Below are positions 1 to 9,789 of a DNA stretch of 44,239 nt, in pieces. Where the stretch lies: the sequence record SRR2962707_2131, one strand, 5' to 3'. The notes below the pieces were generated by a model, which saw nothing but the letters and a program-made list of their open reading frames with translations, did no database searches and was not told where the DNA came from. The first letter of the stretch is position 1. The number at the start of each line of letters is the position of its first letter. The translations under genes were made by a program, and so were the position numbers.

Positions 1-1
1 C

Positions 2-766
2 CAGGCCTGGCTGGAGAACCAGTTTGGTGCGTCCTTCCATGATTTCGCCGGCTCCGTTGTGGTGCATGCTGTCGGTGGCTGGATTGCTCTCGCTGCGGTG
101 CTGCTGCTCGGCGCCCGCACCGGTCGCTATCGCAACGGTCGGGTCGTGGCCTTTGCCCCTTCCAACATTCCGTTTCTCGCCCTCGGCGCCTGGATTCTGA
201 CCGTGGGCTGGTTCGGCTTTAACGTCATGTCGGCCCAGACTCTGGACGGCATCAGTGGCCTGGTCGCGGTCAACAGCCTGATGGCCATGGTGGGGGGTAT
301 TCTGGTTTCCATGCTGCTCGGCCGCAAAGACCCTGGCTTCATTCACAACGGTCCGCTGGCCGGACTGGTGGCGGTGTGCGCCGGCTCAGACCTGATGCAC
401 CCCGTTGGCGCCCTGATTACCGGGGGCGTGGCCGGCGCCATCTTTGTCTACCTGTTCGAGTGGGCACAGGCGAAAATCGAGCGGCTGGATGATGTTCTGG
501 GTGTTTGGCCCTTGCATGGCGTATGCGGTGTCTGGGGCGCCATTGCCTGCGGTATCTTCGGCCAGGAAGCGCTCGGGGGCCTGGGTGGCGTCAGCCTGAT
601 GTCGCAGATTATTGGCTCGGTGGCCGGTGTGATCGTGGCCTTTGCCGGCGGGCTCATCGTTTACGGTGCCATCAAAACCATTAGCGGCCTGAGACTGACA
701 GAGGAAGAAGAGTTCAACGGTGCCGACCTCAGCATTCACCGTATCGGTGCCAATGCCGTTGAGTGA
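2..766 (+). CDS. amt: Ammonium transporter (Amt family), 5'-truncated by the window edge
   Basis: Frame is open from base 2. Amt motifs HDFAGSVVVHAVGG, LGAWILTVGWFGFN, DDVLGVWPLHG and C-terminal GLRLTEEEEFNGAD. Confidence 0.93.
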   Translation, partial: QAWLENQFGASFHDFAGSVVVHAVGGWIALAAVLLLGARTGRYRNGRVVAFAPSNIPFLALGAWILTVGWFGFNVMSAQTLDGISGLVAVNSLMAMVGGILVSMLLGRKDPGFIHNGPLAGLVAVCAGSDLMHPVGALITGGVAGAIFVYLFEWAQAKIERLDDVLGVWPLHGVCGVWGAIACGIFGQEALGGLGGVSLMSQIIGSVAGVIVAFAGGLIVYGAIKTISGLRLTEEEEFNGADLSIHRIGANAVE

Positions 767-777
767 GTTTCCGGGCC

Positions 778-1860
778 TTATTGTGCCTGGTAACCGGTAA
801 GCTCCATGTAACCCACGCCGGAATGGCTTCCGGTGACGGAAACCGGGCTCTCCCAATACGGATAGAGCCCGGAATTCCGGTAATCCCCTGCCGGCGCGGA
901 GACCTCAAGGTTCACGTCGAAAGCCGGAAGGGTTATCTGCCAACGGCGCGGATAACCGGCTGGCTGGCCCACAGAGGTCAGCCCGATCTGTTCCGGCCCC
1001 AGCGCCACCGGCTCGCCCGTGGCTGGAATCCAGGTACCCGAGCGGAATGCCTGTTGTGTTTCCCGCAACTGGAACAGCATCAGCTTGTCCCCCGAATCCA
1101 GATGCAGGGCAAACCAGTCCCAGCCCTGCTGTCCGGCTTTGAGAAACTGGCTGCTCCACTCCCGGTCGAACCACCCGGTACCCGCCACCCTCAACGTGTC
1201 ACCCTCAAGGGTAACCGTTCCCTCAATTTTCAGATCTACCAGGCTGAAGTACATGGAGCCTTCGCCACTGGCGGATTTGGCGCTGAAACCGTCGTCACCA
1301 TGAGCCACAGGATCACCTTGCGGCTGCAACAACAGATCGTAGGACCAGTGTTCTGTAGCGACCGACAGCCGCCAGCCAACGTGTCCGCTCGCTGGCCTCA
1401 GGTGCCAGTGATCCAGCCAGACTGAAAAGGGTTGGGCGGTGGCCCCGGCATGCCCGACGTCACCCCTGGCCAGCTTTTCGGCAAAGCGGTGCTGACCGCT
1501 GTAGCTCACCGCTGCGTGAGCCATCCAGGCAGCCTCCAGAGGCCAAAGTGCCGGCTTCGGCGGTTCGGATTCAACGGACCTCGGGGTCAAGGCCTGCCGG
1601 AACTGCGTCCATTGCAGACCCAGCGGCCCGCCGTTTTCGGTTTCCAGATTCGCGGTGAGATACCACCATTCAATGCGGTGCTGGGAATGAGGGCCGAAAT
1701 CGGCGGGGAAGGACAGCCGGTCTCCGGGCCCGGGCTGCAGGAACTGAATCTCATGCTCAGATTCCGCCACACCGGCAAGGCCTGCGAATCCGCTCGGCTG
1801 TTCTGCTCGATCACAGGCGGTGAGTAGCAGCGCCAGAAGTACGATAACGAAACGATTCAT
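778..1860 (-). CDS. AttH/CrtC-like (lipocalin-like, carotenoid 1,2-hydratase-like) lipoprotein
   Basis: Start reassigned to MNRFVIVLLALLLTAC (lipobox, ATGA overlap with the upstream stop). Motifs FPADFGPH, EWWYLTANL, WFDREWSS, GWDWF, YWESPV, GYMELTGY. Confidence 0.85.
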   Translation of the reverse strand: MNRFVIVLLALLLTACDRAEQPSGFAGLAGVAESEHEIQFLQPGPGDRLSFPADFGPHSQHRIEWWYLTANLETENGGPLGLQWTQFRQALTPRSVESEPPKPALWPLEAAWMAHAAVSYSGQHRFAEKLARGDVGHAGATAQPFSVWLDHWHLRPASGHVGWRLSVATEHWSYDLLLQPQGDPVAHGDDGFSAKSASGEGSMYFSLVDLKIEGTVTLEGDTLRVAGTGWFDREWSSQFLKAGQQGWDWFALHLDSGDKLMLFQLRETQQAFRSGTWIPATGEPVALGPEQIGLTSVGQPAGYPRRWQITLPAFDVNLEVSAPAGDYRNSGLYPYWESPVSVTGSHSGVGYMELTGYQAQ

Positions 1861-4118
1861 CGTTCCCCTCCCTGCAGCCCGTGTGCGGACTCCGGCGCCG
1901 AGGCCGGGCGACGCAGCTGCAGGCGCATCAGCAAGGCAATGCTGAGGCCGATGATCAGAGCCAACACGGCCAGCTCGATCCAGAACCCCGGGTACACCGC
2001 CATCGGCAGTGACCAGCCAAAAGCCAGCGGATTGATGCGCTGGACCAGAATCCAGGTGAGCCACACGCCAAGTGGCAGTGCACAAACCAATACCGCAAAA
2101 ATCAGAGCCAGGGAGACCCGGGTGAGCTGAGTCGCGGCCTGGCGTTGGGGCATACCCCAGACGATCAGCAGGCGAAAATACCAGGCGCGGGTAGAGAGAA
2201 AGACCCACACCATCAGCAACAACGCGGCGGCGGCCAGAATCAGCGTGAGGGTAGTCATGGCCCGGGTCAGCAGGAAGGTCTGGTCAAAAATATCAGTGGC
2301 CAGGGTCCGGATGGCCTGGTTATCCCTCACGGTCAGCTGAGGGGTATGCCAAAGCCGGGCCAGTTGCGCCTCAACCACTTTGATCTCTTCGATGCCCGCG
2401 CTTATCGACAGGCTTCGAAAGCGGGCTTCAAAGTCCTCGGGCAAGAGACTCGCCGGCACCAGCACCTCACCGGAGGGCCGCCCGTAATCCGGATAAACGG
2501 CCAGCACCGGAGCCTGTAACCGACGGGCGCCAAGCCTGACAATGAGACGGTCGCCTACTGCAAGCTGTTGCCTTCTGGCCAACTGCTCATTGACCATTAG
2601 CCCCTCACCCCGCGCCAACGCCTGCCAGGGCGTTTCTGTTTGCGCCAGCAGGCGCCAGTTTTGCACCAGGTGACTGACCGGCCCGAGCGCAAACACATCG
2701 ACAGGCACCGGCTCCCTGCCTGATGCTGCCTGCACGCTGGCCCGCCCACGAATCACCTGATGCCACAATTCCGGGCTCACCAGCTCCGGCTTTGCCGCCA
2801 GCCAGCTTACGGCAGCGGTGATATCCGCCCCTTGCGGTACTTCAATGTAGTAATCCGCTTCCAGCCGTTGCCCCAGCCACTGGTCAAAGGTGTCCTCGAA
2901 CGTGGTTACCAGGGCATGAACCGCCAGCACCAGTGCCAAGGCAAACTGCAGGGCCACTAGCGGTAACGCCAGCCGACGCACCAGGACTGCGACTTCCTGT
3001 AGACGCCAGCGAATCAGCGGATCCCCGATGTTACGGGCCAGCCAGCGGACAACCCCGGCAATCGCCAGCGGGGCCAGCCAACCGGCAGCGAGAAAAACCA
3101 GTGCCACCGCCAGGAACAGCCAGATCAGAGTTGGTGCCCACAGAGATACTGCCAGCCCCAGGGCCAGTAGCACCGCAAAAAATGCCGGTTGCACCCGAGT
3201 CAGGAGCGACCCCGACGAGTCCCGAACGCCCGCCAGGCAAGCGGCCACGATCACCGCCACCATGGTCAGGGTTGGCAGCCACCAGTCCTCCCCTCCACCG
3301 GCATAGAGCGGACGGTCGAACAGGCCTTCCAGGGCCTGCCCAAAGCCATCTGCCAGAACCAGTGACAGCGCCCGCCCCAACCAAACCCCGGGCAGTATGC
3401 ACACCAACGCCAGCAGCAGGTTTTCCACCAGCAACAGTCGGCTGAGCTGGCTCCTGTTCACGCCATAGCGATACAGCAAAGCCAGGCTTTCCCGGCGTTG
3501 AGCCAGGCCCAGCAGGAACACACTGCGCAACAACAACGAGGTAATCAGCAGGACCAGCACTCCGAGCGCATCCAGGTTGAGCAGAAAACTGTCACCCAGC
3601 TCTGCCGTGTCAGGCGCAACGGCGAATGCCTGATAGCGGTAGCCGGCCGGTGGTGGCGTCTGACCGTCGGCTTGCGACACCAGCAGAACCAGGGCCGATG
3701 CATCGGCTGAGGCCTGGGCGGCGGCTTCGCTGATATCGACGAAGGGCTTGCCATCGAGTTCGCCCTGCCAGGGTGCTGGCGTGTGTCCCGGCTCGGCAAA
3801 GCAATGGGCCGCCAGCGGATCAATGCCCACCAGCCGACCGCGCCCCGGTACCGGCACTTCCAGCCAAGGCATCACGCACAGGCCCTGGCGCCGAAGGTTA
3901 ACAAAGTCCTGTACCGAAACCGGATTACCGTCCTCTCGAACCACTTGCTGTCGCTCGGCGACAGCACGCTCGATCTGTTCAAGGCTGGTCCTGGCCTGGC
4001 TGGTGAGGTGATGTATCCCGGTCCAGAGCGCGCTGGCAAGCAGGATCATGGCAGCCAGCGCGGCCAGCTGCAGGGGGTGACGACGATAATGACTGAACAA
4101 TGCGATGCGGGGAGACAT
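1857..4118 (-). CDS. ABC transporter permease, FtsX/MacB-like (AttF/G-like)
   Basis: 753 aa with two periplasmic/TM repeats; N-terminal SHYRRHPLQ, YPDYGRP, C-terminal INPLAFGWSLP; lies between the ATPase and AttH-like genes. Confidence 0.85.
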   Translation of the reverse strand: MSPRIALFSHYRRHPLQLAALAAMILLASALWTGIHHLTSQARTSLEQIERAVAERQQVVREDGNPVSVQDFVNLRRQGLCVMPWLEVPVPGRGRLVGIDPLAAHCFAEPGHTPAPWQGELDGKPFVDISEAAAQASADASALVLLVSQADGQTPPPAGYRYQAFAVAPDTAELGDSFLLNLDALGVLVLLITSLLLRSVFLLGLAQRRESLALLYRYGVNRSQLSRLLLVENLLLALVCILPGVWLGRALSLVLADGFGQALEGLFDRPLYAGGGEDWWLPTLTMVAVIVAACLAGVRDSSGSLLTRVQPAFFAVLLALGLAVSLWAPTLIWLFLAVALVFLAAGWLAPLAIAGVVRWLARNIGDPLIRWRLQEVAVLVRRLALPLVALQFALALVLAVHALVTTFEDTFDQWLGQRLEADYYIEVPQGADITAAVSWLAAKPELVSPELWHQVIRGRASVQAASGREPVPVDVFALGPVSHLVQNWRLLAQTETPWQALARGEGLMVNEQLARRQQLAVGDRLIVRLGARRLQAPVLAVYPDYGRPSGEVLVPASLLPEDFEARFRSLSISAGIEEIKVVEAQLARLWHTPQLTVRDNQAIRTLATDIFDQTFLLTRAMTTLTLILAAAALLLMVWVFLSTRAWYFRLLIVWGMPQRQAATQLTRVSLALIFAVLVCALPLGVWLTWILVQRINPLAFGWSLPMAVYPGFWIELAVLALIIGLSIALLMRLQLRRPASAPESAHGLQGGER

Positions 4119-4124
4119 AGGTCT

Positions 4125-4808
4125 TCAGGGCCCGCCCTGGTGCCCGAGGTCCAACTGATGAAGGCAACGGGCTGCCAGGTCCGCATCGTGGGTAGCCAGC
4201 ACCAGCCCACAACCATGGCGGGCCTGAAGTTCGAACAACTCATCGGCGACAGTCTCAGCCGTCCTCCGGTCCAGGCTACCGGTCGGCTCATCCGCCAGAA
4301 TCAGTGCCGGCCGGGTAACAAATACCATGGCCAGCGCAGCCCGCTGGCGTTGGCCACCGGAAACCTGATCCGGATAACGCTGGCCCAGCTCACCAATGCC
4401 CAACCTCTGGAGCCAGTCGCCAGCGCTGGTGTCGTCCCGGCCAGCCAGGCGCGCTCGCAACCGGATATTATCCAGCAGGGACAGGGTCGGCATCAGGTTG
4501 GCATCCTGAAAGACCACGCCGAGTCGGCTCTGCCTCAATTCGCACCAGGCCCGCTCCAGGGCCTTGCCCGTTGGCGCGCCATCCCCGGCCAAAGGCTGTC
4601 CCAACATCGCCAGCCGACCGGAACCGGGAGACTCCAGACCACAAAGAACATTCAGCAGCGTGCTTTTCCCGGAACCGGACGGGCCGGTGAGCGCCAGCGA
4701 CTCGCCTCGCCCCAGATGCACACTCAGTTCCCGCAACACGGTCACATGCCGGTCGCCGCTCTCGAACTGTTTACTCAGACCGGTGACACTGATCAGGTTA
4801 TCGGCCAT
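4125..4808 (-). CDS. ABC transporter ATP-binding protein (LolD/AttE-like)
   Basis: Walker [10 protein letters not shown], signature VSGGQRQR, Walker [13 protein letters not shown]-loop ATHD. Confidence 0.95.
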   Translation of the reverse strand: MADNLISVTGLSKQFESGDRHVTVLRELSVHLGRGESLALTGPSGSGKSTLLNVLCGLESPGSGRLAMLGQPLAGDGAPTGKALERAWCELRQSRLGVVFQDANLMPTLSLLDNIRLRARLAGRDDTSAGDWLQRLGIGELGQRYPDQVSGGQRQRAALAMVFVTRPALILADEPTGSLDRRTAETVADELFELQARHGCGLVLATHDADLAARCLHQLDLGHQGGP

Positions 4809-4823
4809 GTTTTCTCCCGGTAT

Positions 4824-7800
4824 TCAGTCGGCAGCCCCCAGAGGTTCTGCCGCACCGTTCCTGCGTTGGGCACGCCATTCCCGGAATTGCTCGACCCAGG
4901 ACAACAGCGCTGGAATCACCAGCAGCACCAGGAAGGTGGACAGTCCCAAGCCAAAGGCAATCGACGTTGCCATGGGAATCAGGAACTGGGCCTGCAACGA
5001 CGTTTCGAACAGCAGCGGTGTCAGCCCCCCGATGGTCGTCAAGGACGTCAGCAGAACCGCGCGAACCCGCTGCACGGCGGCCTCATTCAGGGCATCCGTG
5101 ATGTCCAGCCCCTTCTGCCGTTGCTGATTGTAGAAAGCCACCAGAATAATGGCGTTATTCACCACGATACCGGACAGGCCGAACAACCCGAACAGCGACA
5201 GTATGGTGAGCTGCAGCCCCATGATCCAGTGGCCCAGCAGGGCACCGACCAGGGCAAAGGGAATAATCGCCATGACGATCAAGGGCAGACTCCAGGATGC
5301 AAACACCCAGGCCAGCACCACATACATCAGGGCCAGGCCGATAAGCAGCCCCGTTTGCATGTCCGCCATGGTTTCGCGTTGATCGGCCGAGCGGCCCTCA
5401 AAGCTGTAGCGCACACCGTGGCGACTGGCGATCTCCGGCAAAGGCCCGGACTGCAGGCTTTCAAGAATCTGGTCGGTGGTGGCAACCCGGGTATTCAGTG
5501 CCGAGGTGACCTCCACCGCGAGCTTGCCATCGGCATGGCGCAGGGCCTGGAACCCCTGGCGGTGATCCAGGTTCATCACCTGGGTCAGCGGTACGAAACG
5601 GCCATCAGGGATGCGGATGGTCATGCGCTCCAGGGTGGAGTATTGCTCCCGTTGCGCCCTCGGCAACTGCACCCGGACTTCCACCTCATCGCGACCATCC
5701 TGGTAGATCTGGGCGATCCGGCCATCAAATGCCGCCCGCAACTGTCGGCCCAGATCCACAGTGGTCAGCCCCAGAGCCTCACCATAAGGGCTGACCTGAT
5801 AGAGCAACTGTTCCCGGCCCCAGGGCATATCGTCTTCCACATCCAGCACGCCCGGCAGGGTATCCAGAGCCTGGGCCACTTCATCCGCTGCCCGCTTCAG
5901 GGCCTCTGCGTCATCACCGGTCAGTCGCACATTGACATCTCGCCCGGGCGGGCCGGCCTGGCGTTCGTTGATGTTCAGGGCATCGAGTCCGGCTGGCAGC
6001 GTCATTCGGCTGCGCCATTCCCGAATGAACTCGGCATTGCGCACGGAACGGCTGTCCGAAGGCACCAGCTCCACCAGCATGGAGCCGAGCTCATCATCGT
6101 TCCGGGAACTGCCCTCAGCTCCTTGAGTAGCGCCGTAGGTGGTCACGGCATGGCGTACGAGATCGCCACCCAGGGCCCCCTCCGTTTCAGTGAGTGAGCG
6201 CTGCATTTCCCGGATGAAGCGCGCCACCGTGTCCTTGTCCGTGCCCGCCACAAAGCTGGCATTGGCGTAGAACACCGATGGTTCCGGCGTCGGGAAGAAA
6301 TTGAACCCAAGCCGTCCACCGGCCAGCAGGCCGACGGTGACAATAGCCAACGCCAGTGCCGAGGCTACGGTCATGCCCCGGTGCTTCAGGCTGTAGCGGG
6401 AGAACCGGCGGAAAGGGCCGTCGCGGAAGGTATCGAACCGTTGCTCAAATCCCCGGCGCAAACGGGCCACGGCGTGAGGGCGTCGCTCTGGCTGATTCTC
6501 GGAAACCTTGCGAACAAAGGCATGGCGAAGATGGGCTGGCAAGACCACAAAACACTCCAGCAGAGAGGCAATCAACACGCAGATCATCACCACCGGAATA
6601 TCGCCCAGGATATTGCCTATTACACCTCCCACCACCAGCAGTGGCATGAACGCCGCCACCGTGGTCAGGGACGAGGCCAGTACTGGCCAGACCATACGCT
6701 TGGCAGCGCCTTCGGCGGCATAGATGGACTGCTCTCCCATACGGGCATGGGCGTCCGCGTCCTCCCCCACCACAATGGCATCGTCAACGATCACCCCCAG
6801 GGCCATGATCAGGGCAAACAGTGAAATCATGTTGATGGAGCCGCCGATCAGCCATAGCACGCCCAGGGCGGCGAGAAAGGCGGTGGGAATACCCACCGCC
6901 ACCCAGGCGGCGACCCGCCCGGGAAGAAACAGGTAGAGCAGCCCCACCACCAGCACCAGACCACCCAGGCCGTTATTCACCAGCAGGGAAATCCGGTCTT
7001 CAATCAGCTGCCAGGTTTCGTCGTACACCTTGATATTTACGGTGGCCGGCAAGGTCGGGCGGGTATCCGTCAGCCAGGACTCAAACACCCGCGCGGCGGT
7101 CAGGGAGTTGCCGTTTTCCGCCCGCTGAAGCTGCAGCTCTACGGCGGGCATGCCGTTGTTTTCCATGACCGTCTGGTTGTCCCGGGCTTCCTGGCGGATG
7201 ATGGCTATGTCACCCAGTTGCATGCGGATGCGATCACCGCTGAGTACCGGAATGGTCTCGAAGGCCTGGGGGCTGCGTCGCTGTTCCACCGCCCGCAGCT
7301 CTCGGGTGGCATCCTGCTGAGCCATCATCCCCGCCGGCAGGTCACGGGACAGCGACGCCACCCGATCGGCAATCTGTTCCAGCGACAGGCCCAGGGATTC
7401 CAGCCGCTCCACCGGCACATCAATACTGATCTGCTGCTCCGGCAGGCCCCGGAGCGTGACCCGGTCGATGCCCCGGTCCAGCAATTCATCTTCAAACCGG
7501 TACACCAGCTGGCGCAACTCGGCCCGGTCGACATCACCGTAAACCAGCAGCCGGGCCACCGGTTCGTACCGTTCAACCCTGGCCACCTGCGGTTCTTCGG
7601 CATCCGCCGGCAAGTTATTGAACTCGTCGACCTGCTGGCGCACGTCATCCACTGCCTGTATCGGGTCGGTGCCTTCATGGAATTCCAGGGTAATAGACGA
7701 CACCCCCTGCGCCGACGTGGAGGTCATCTTCTTGAGGCCGTCGACGCTGCGCAGACGCTGCTCCAGCGGATCGGTAATACCGCGCTCCACATCCTCGGCC

Positions 7801-7976
7801 GACGCACCACTCCACACCACCCGCACGCTGACCACATCCAGGGCGAAAGTAGGGAAGAACTGGATATTCATGCGAGTCAGGGCCATTACGCCACCGAGCA
7901 ACATCACCAGCATCACCAGATTGCCGGCCAACCGGTGATGGACAAAAAAGCCGATCACACCCTTTTTGCGACTCAT
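4824..7976 (-). CDS. RND efflux transporter permease (AcrB/AcrD/AcrF family)
   Basis: 1050 aa; GASAEDVE, TM4 proton-relay VIVDDAIVVGE, SSLTTVAAFMP, RVRAVLLTSLTT. Confidence 0.95.
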   Translation of the reverse strand: MSRKKGVIGFFVHHRLAGNLVMLVMLLGGVMALTRMNIQFFPTFALDVVSVRVVWSGASAEDVERGITDPLEQRLRSVDGLKKMTSTSAQGVSSITLEFHEGTDPIQAVDDVRQQVDEFNNLPADAEEPQVARVERYEPVARLLVYGDVDRAELRQLVYRFEDELLDRGIDRVTLRGLPEQQISIDVPVERLESLGLSLEQIADRVASLSRDLPAGMMAQQDATRELRAVEQRRSPQAFETIPVLSGDRIRMQLGDIAIIRQEARDNQTVMENNGMPAVELQLQRAENGNSLTAARVFESWLTDTRPTLPATVNIKVYDETWQLIEDRISLLVNNGLGGLVLVVGLLYLFLPGRVAAWVAVGIPTAFLAALGVLWLIGGSINMISLFALIMALGVIVDDAIVVGEDADAHARMGEQSIYAAEGAAKRMVWPVLASSLTTVAAFMPLLVVGGVIGNILGDIPVVMICVLIASLLECFVVLPAHLRHAFVRKVSENQPERRPHAVARLRRGFEQRFDTFRDGPFRRFSRYSLKHRGMTVASALALAIVTVGLLAGGRLGFNFFPTPEPSVFYANASFVAGTDKDTVARFIREMQRSLTETEGALGGDLVRHAVTTYGATQGAEGSSRNDDELGSMLVELVPSDSRSVRNAEFIREWRSRMTLPAGLDALNINERQAGPPGRDVNVRLTGDDAEALKRAADEVAQALDTLPGVLDVEDDMPWGREQLLYQVSPYGEALGLTTVDLGRQLRAAFDGRIAQIYQDGRDEVEVRVQLPRAQREQYSTLERMTIRIPDGRFVPLTQVMNLDHRQGFQALRHADGKLAVEVTSALNTRVATTDQILESLQSGPLPEIASRHGVRYSFEGRSADQRETMADMQTGLLIGLALMYVVLAWVFASWSLPLIVMAIIPFALVGALLGHWIMGLQLTILSLFGLFGLSGIVVNNAIILVAFYNQQRQKGLDITDALNEAAVQRVRAVLLTSLTTIGGLTPLLFETSLQAQFLIPMATSIAFGLGLSTFLVLLVIPALLSWVEQFREWRAQRRNGAAEPLGAAD

Positions 7977-9214
7977 GAGGCCGGTGCTCCCTTGCTATCC
8001 GCCAGCTTTACTTTCAGGCCGGTGATCGCATTGGGCAGGTGGGTGGTGATCAGGCGCATGCCCGGTTTCAGGTGTTCACTGGCGATCAACAACCGGCGCT
8101 CGCCATTCTCGCTGAGTGCCTCGCCAACCCGTTGCACCGTCACCCGCTGCATCCTGTTATCATCAGTCATGATGTAAACACTGTCGGCCCCGTACAGTGC
8201 ACTGAAGGGTATGGTAATCAGGTTGTCCCTTGCTGGCCGCTGCAGCAGCAGTGGCTGCAAGGCCCCGGGCCGCAAGGCTCCCGATTCCCCGTTCAGCTCC
8301 AGCACCGCCTCGGTACCGGCCGGATCAGACAGGCCAGCAAACCGGACCAGCTCAAAGCGCTGGCCGGAATCCTCGGTGGTAGCCGTTAGTGTTGCCCCCT
8401 TGGCCAGGGCATCCACCAACTCGCCGAGATACATCTTCGGCACCCGCGCCCGGACTTCCAGCCCCTGTATCGGATAGATGCTCAACAACGCCTGATTGCG
8501 GGATACCTGATCGCCAGCCGCCACTTGCAGGTTGGTGACCATACCGTCAAAAGGCGCTGTTGATACCGCCCGCTCACCGTCCAGTTCTGCCGTGCTCAGA
8601 CTGGCCCGGGCCTGCGACAACCGGGCTTCCAGGCTTTGCAGCCGGGCCGGATGCTCGGCTATGGCCCGCTCCCGGGTACGAACGGTCAACTCCGCCCTGG
8701 CCAGCGCATCGGTGGCAGCCTCAAGGTTCTCGCGGGAGGCCAGGTTGCGCTCAACCAGCGACTGAATGCGCTCAAACTGGCGACGGGCGTTATCCAGGAT
8801 GGCCTTTTCACTCTCCAGGGATCGCTGATCGTTGCGGTATCGCACCTGTTCGGACCGCACCTGCGCCTCCAGGTCGGCGACCTGGGCCCGAGCCTGGGCA
8901 AGTACCGGTTCAATATCGGCGGAATCCAGCGCGACCAGCAAGTCACCTTCGCTCACCTGCTGCCCTTCCCGTACCGGTAACCGGTCAATACGCCCGGCCA
9001 GAGTGGCGGTGATGGTCTGCAGATCCGGCGCCACCACCTCACCATACAGAGGCAACACCGGGGTCGCTCGAGTGGAATTGACCTTCTGCACCTGCACCAG
9101 CCAGCTACGCTCGGTGGCGGATACTTCCGCCGGTTCCGGCCGGGTTGCCTTCAAAAGCAGGAAGCCGGCAATACCCAGGGCGATCATCAACAGGGGAAGC
9201 AGTTTTCTGGACAT
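7973..9214 (-). CDS. RND periplasmic adaptor (membrane fusion protein)
   Basis: N-terminal TM, lipoyl half-motifs (VREGQQVSEGDLL, APFDGMV), long helical hairpin; ATGA overlap with the RND gene. Confidence 0.92.
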   Translation of the reverse strand: MSRKLLPLLMIALGIAGFLLLKATRPEPAEVSATERSWLVQVQKVNSTRATPVLPLYGEVVAPDLQTITATLAGRIDRLPVREGQQVSEGDLLVALDSADIEPVLAQARAQVADLEAQVRSEQVRYRNDQRSLESEKAILDNARRQFERIQSLVERNLASRENLEAATDALARAELTVRTRERAIAEHPARLQSLEARLSQARASLSTAELDGERAVSTAPFDGMVTNLQVAAGDQVSRNQALLSIYPIQGLEVRARVPKMYLGELVDALAKGATLTATTEDSGQRFELVRFAGLSDPAGTEAVLELNGESGALRPGALQPLLLQRPARDNLITIPFSALYGADSVYIMTDDNRMQRVTVQRVGEALSENGERRLLIASEHLKPGMRLITTHLPNAITGLKVKLADSKGAPAS

Positions 9215-9328
9215 GGACAGTAAATACTCTGATTAAATGAAAGTGCGCAAAGACAACGAATTTACTATACAATTTTCAACAGGTTCCGGATTACTCCGGC
9301 AGGTTTCCAGGCTTCAGGATCGACTCCG

Positions 9329-9775
9329 TTGGACGCCACCCACGACACTCTGCTCAACGTCATGCTGCTGAACATTCTTCTGGTGTGCGCTGTTGTAGCA
9401 ATTCATAACGAAGCCCTGATCCGTTTGAGTAGCCTCCTAGGGCGAATGCGGCAAAGCCACCACTTCCGCTTGATCGTCGCAGTGCTCGGCTGCCTTACCG
9501 CCCATGCTCTTCAGGTCTGGATATTTGCCACGGCCTTTTATTTCATGCACCACGCGGATGGCTGGGGCCAGTTGCTTGGCAATTTCAACGGCTCCATGCT
9601 GGACTGTACCTATTTTTCTTTCACAACCTTTACCACCCTCGGCTACGGCGATATTGAAGCCGTTGGCATGCTCCGTCATCTGACCGGCATCGAGGCCCTG
9701 ACAGGGCTGGTCCTGATTACCTGGAGCGCCTCCTTCCTGTTCCTCGAAATGCAGCGCTACTGGCCAACCCGATAG
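9329..9775 (+). CDS. Small potassium channel family protein (pore module only)
   Basis: Pore helix and filter YFSFTTFTTLGYGD flanked by TM helices. Start may be ATG 9362 rather than TTG 9329. Confidence 0.85.
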   Translation: MDATHDTLLNVMLLNILLVCAVVAIHNEALIRLSSLLGRMRQSHHFRLIVAVLGCLTAHALQVWIFATAFYFMHHADGWGQLLGNFNGSMLDCTYFSFTTFTTLGYGDIEAVGMLRHLTGIEALTGLVLITWSASFLFLEMQRYWPTR

Positions 9776-9789
9776 CAAATGACCTGGCG

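Noticed and set aside
1861-2208. N-terminal extensions given by the ORF track (AttH-like here; likewise gdhA, regA, dioxygenase, ligase, bluB)
   Set aside because: They overlap neighbouring genes or promoters; downstream starts have an SD or translational coupling and match the domain boundaries.
3783-6197. 804-aa plus-strand ORF
   Set aside because: Antisense shadow of the permease, ATPase and RND genes; no recognisable motifs, and long shadow ORFs are expected in GC-rich coding DNA.
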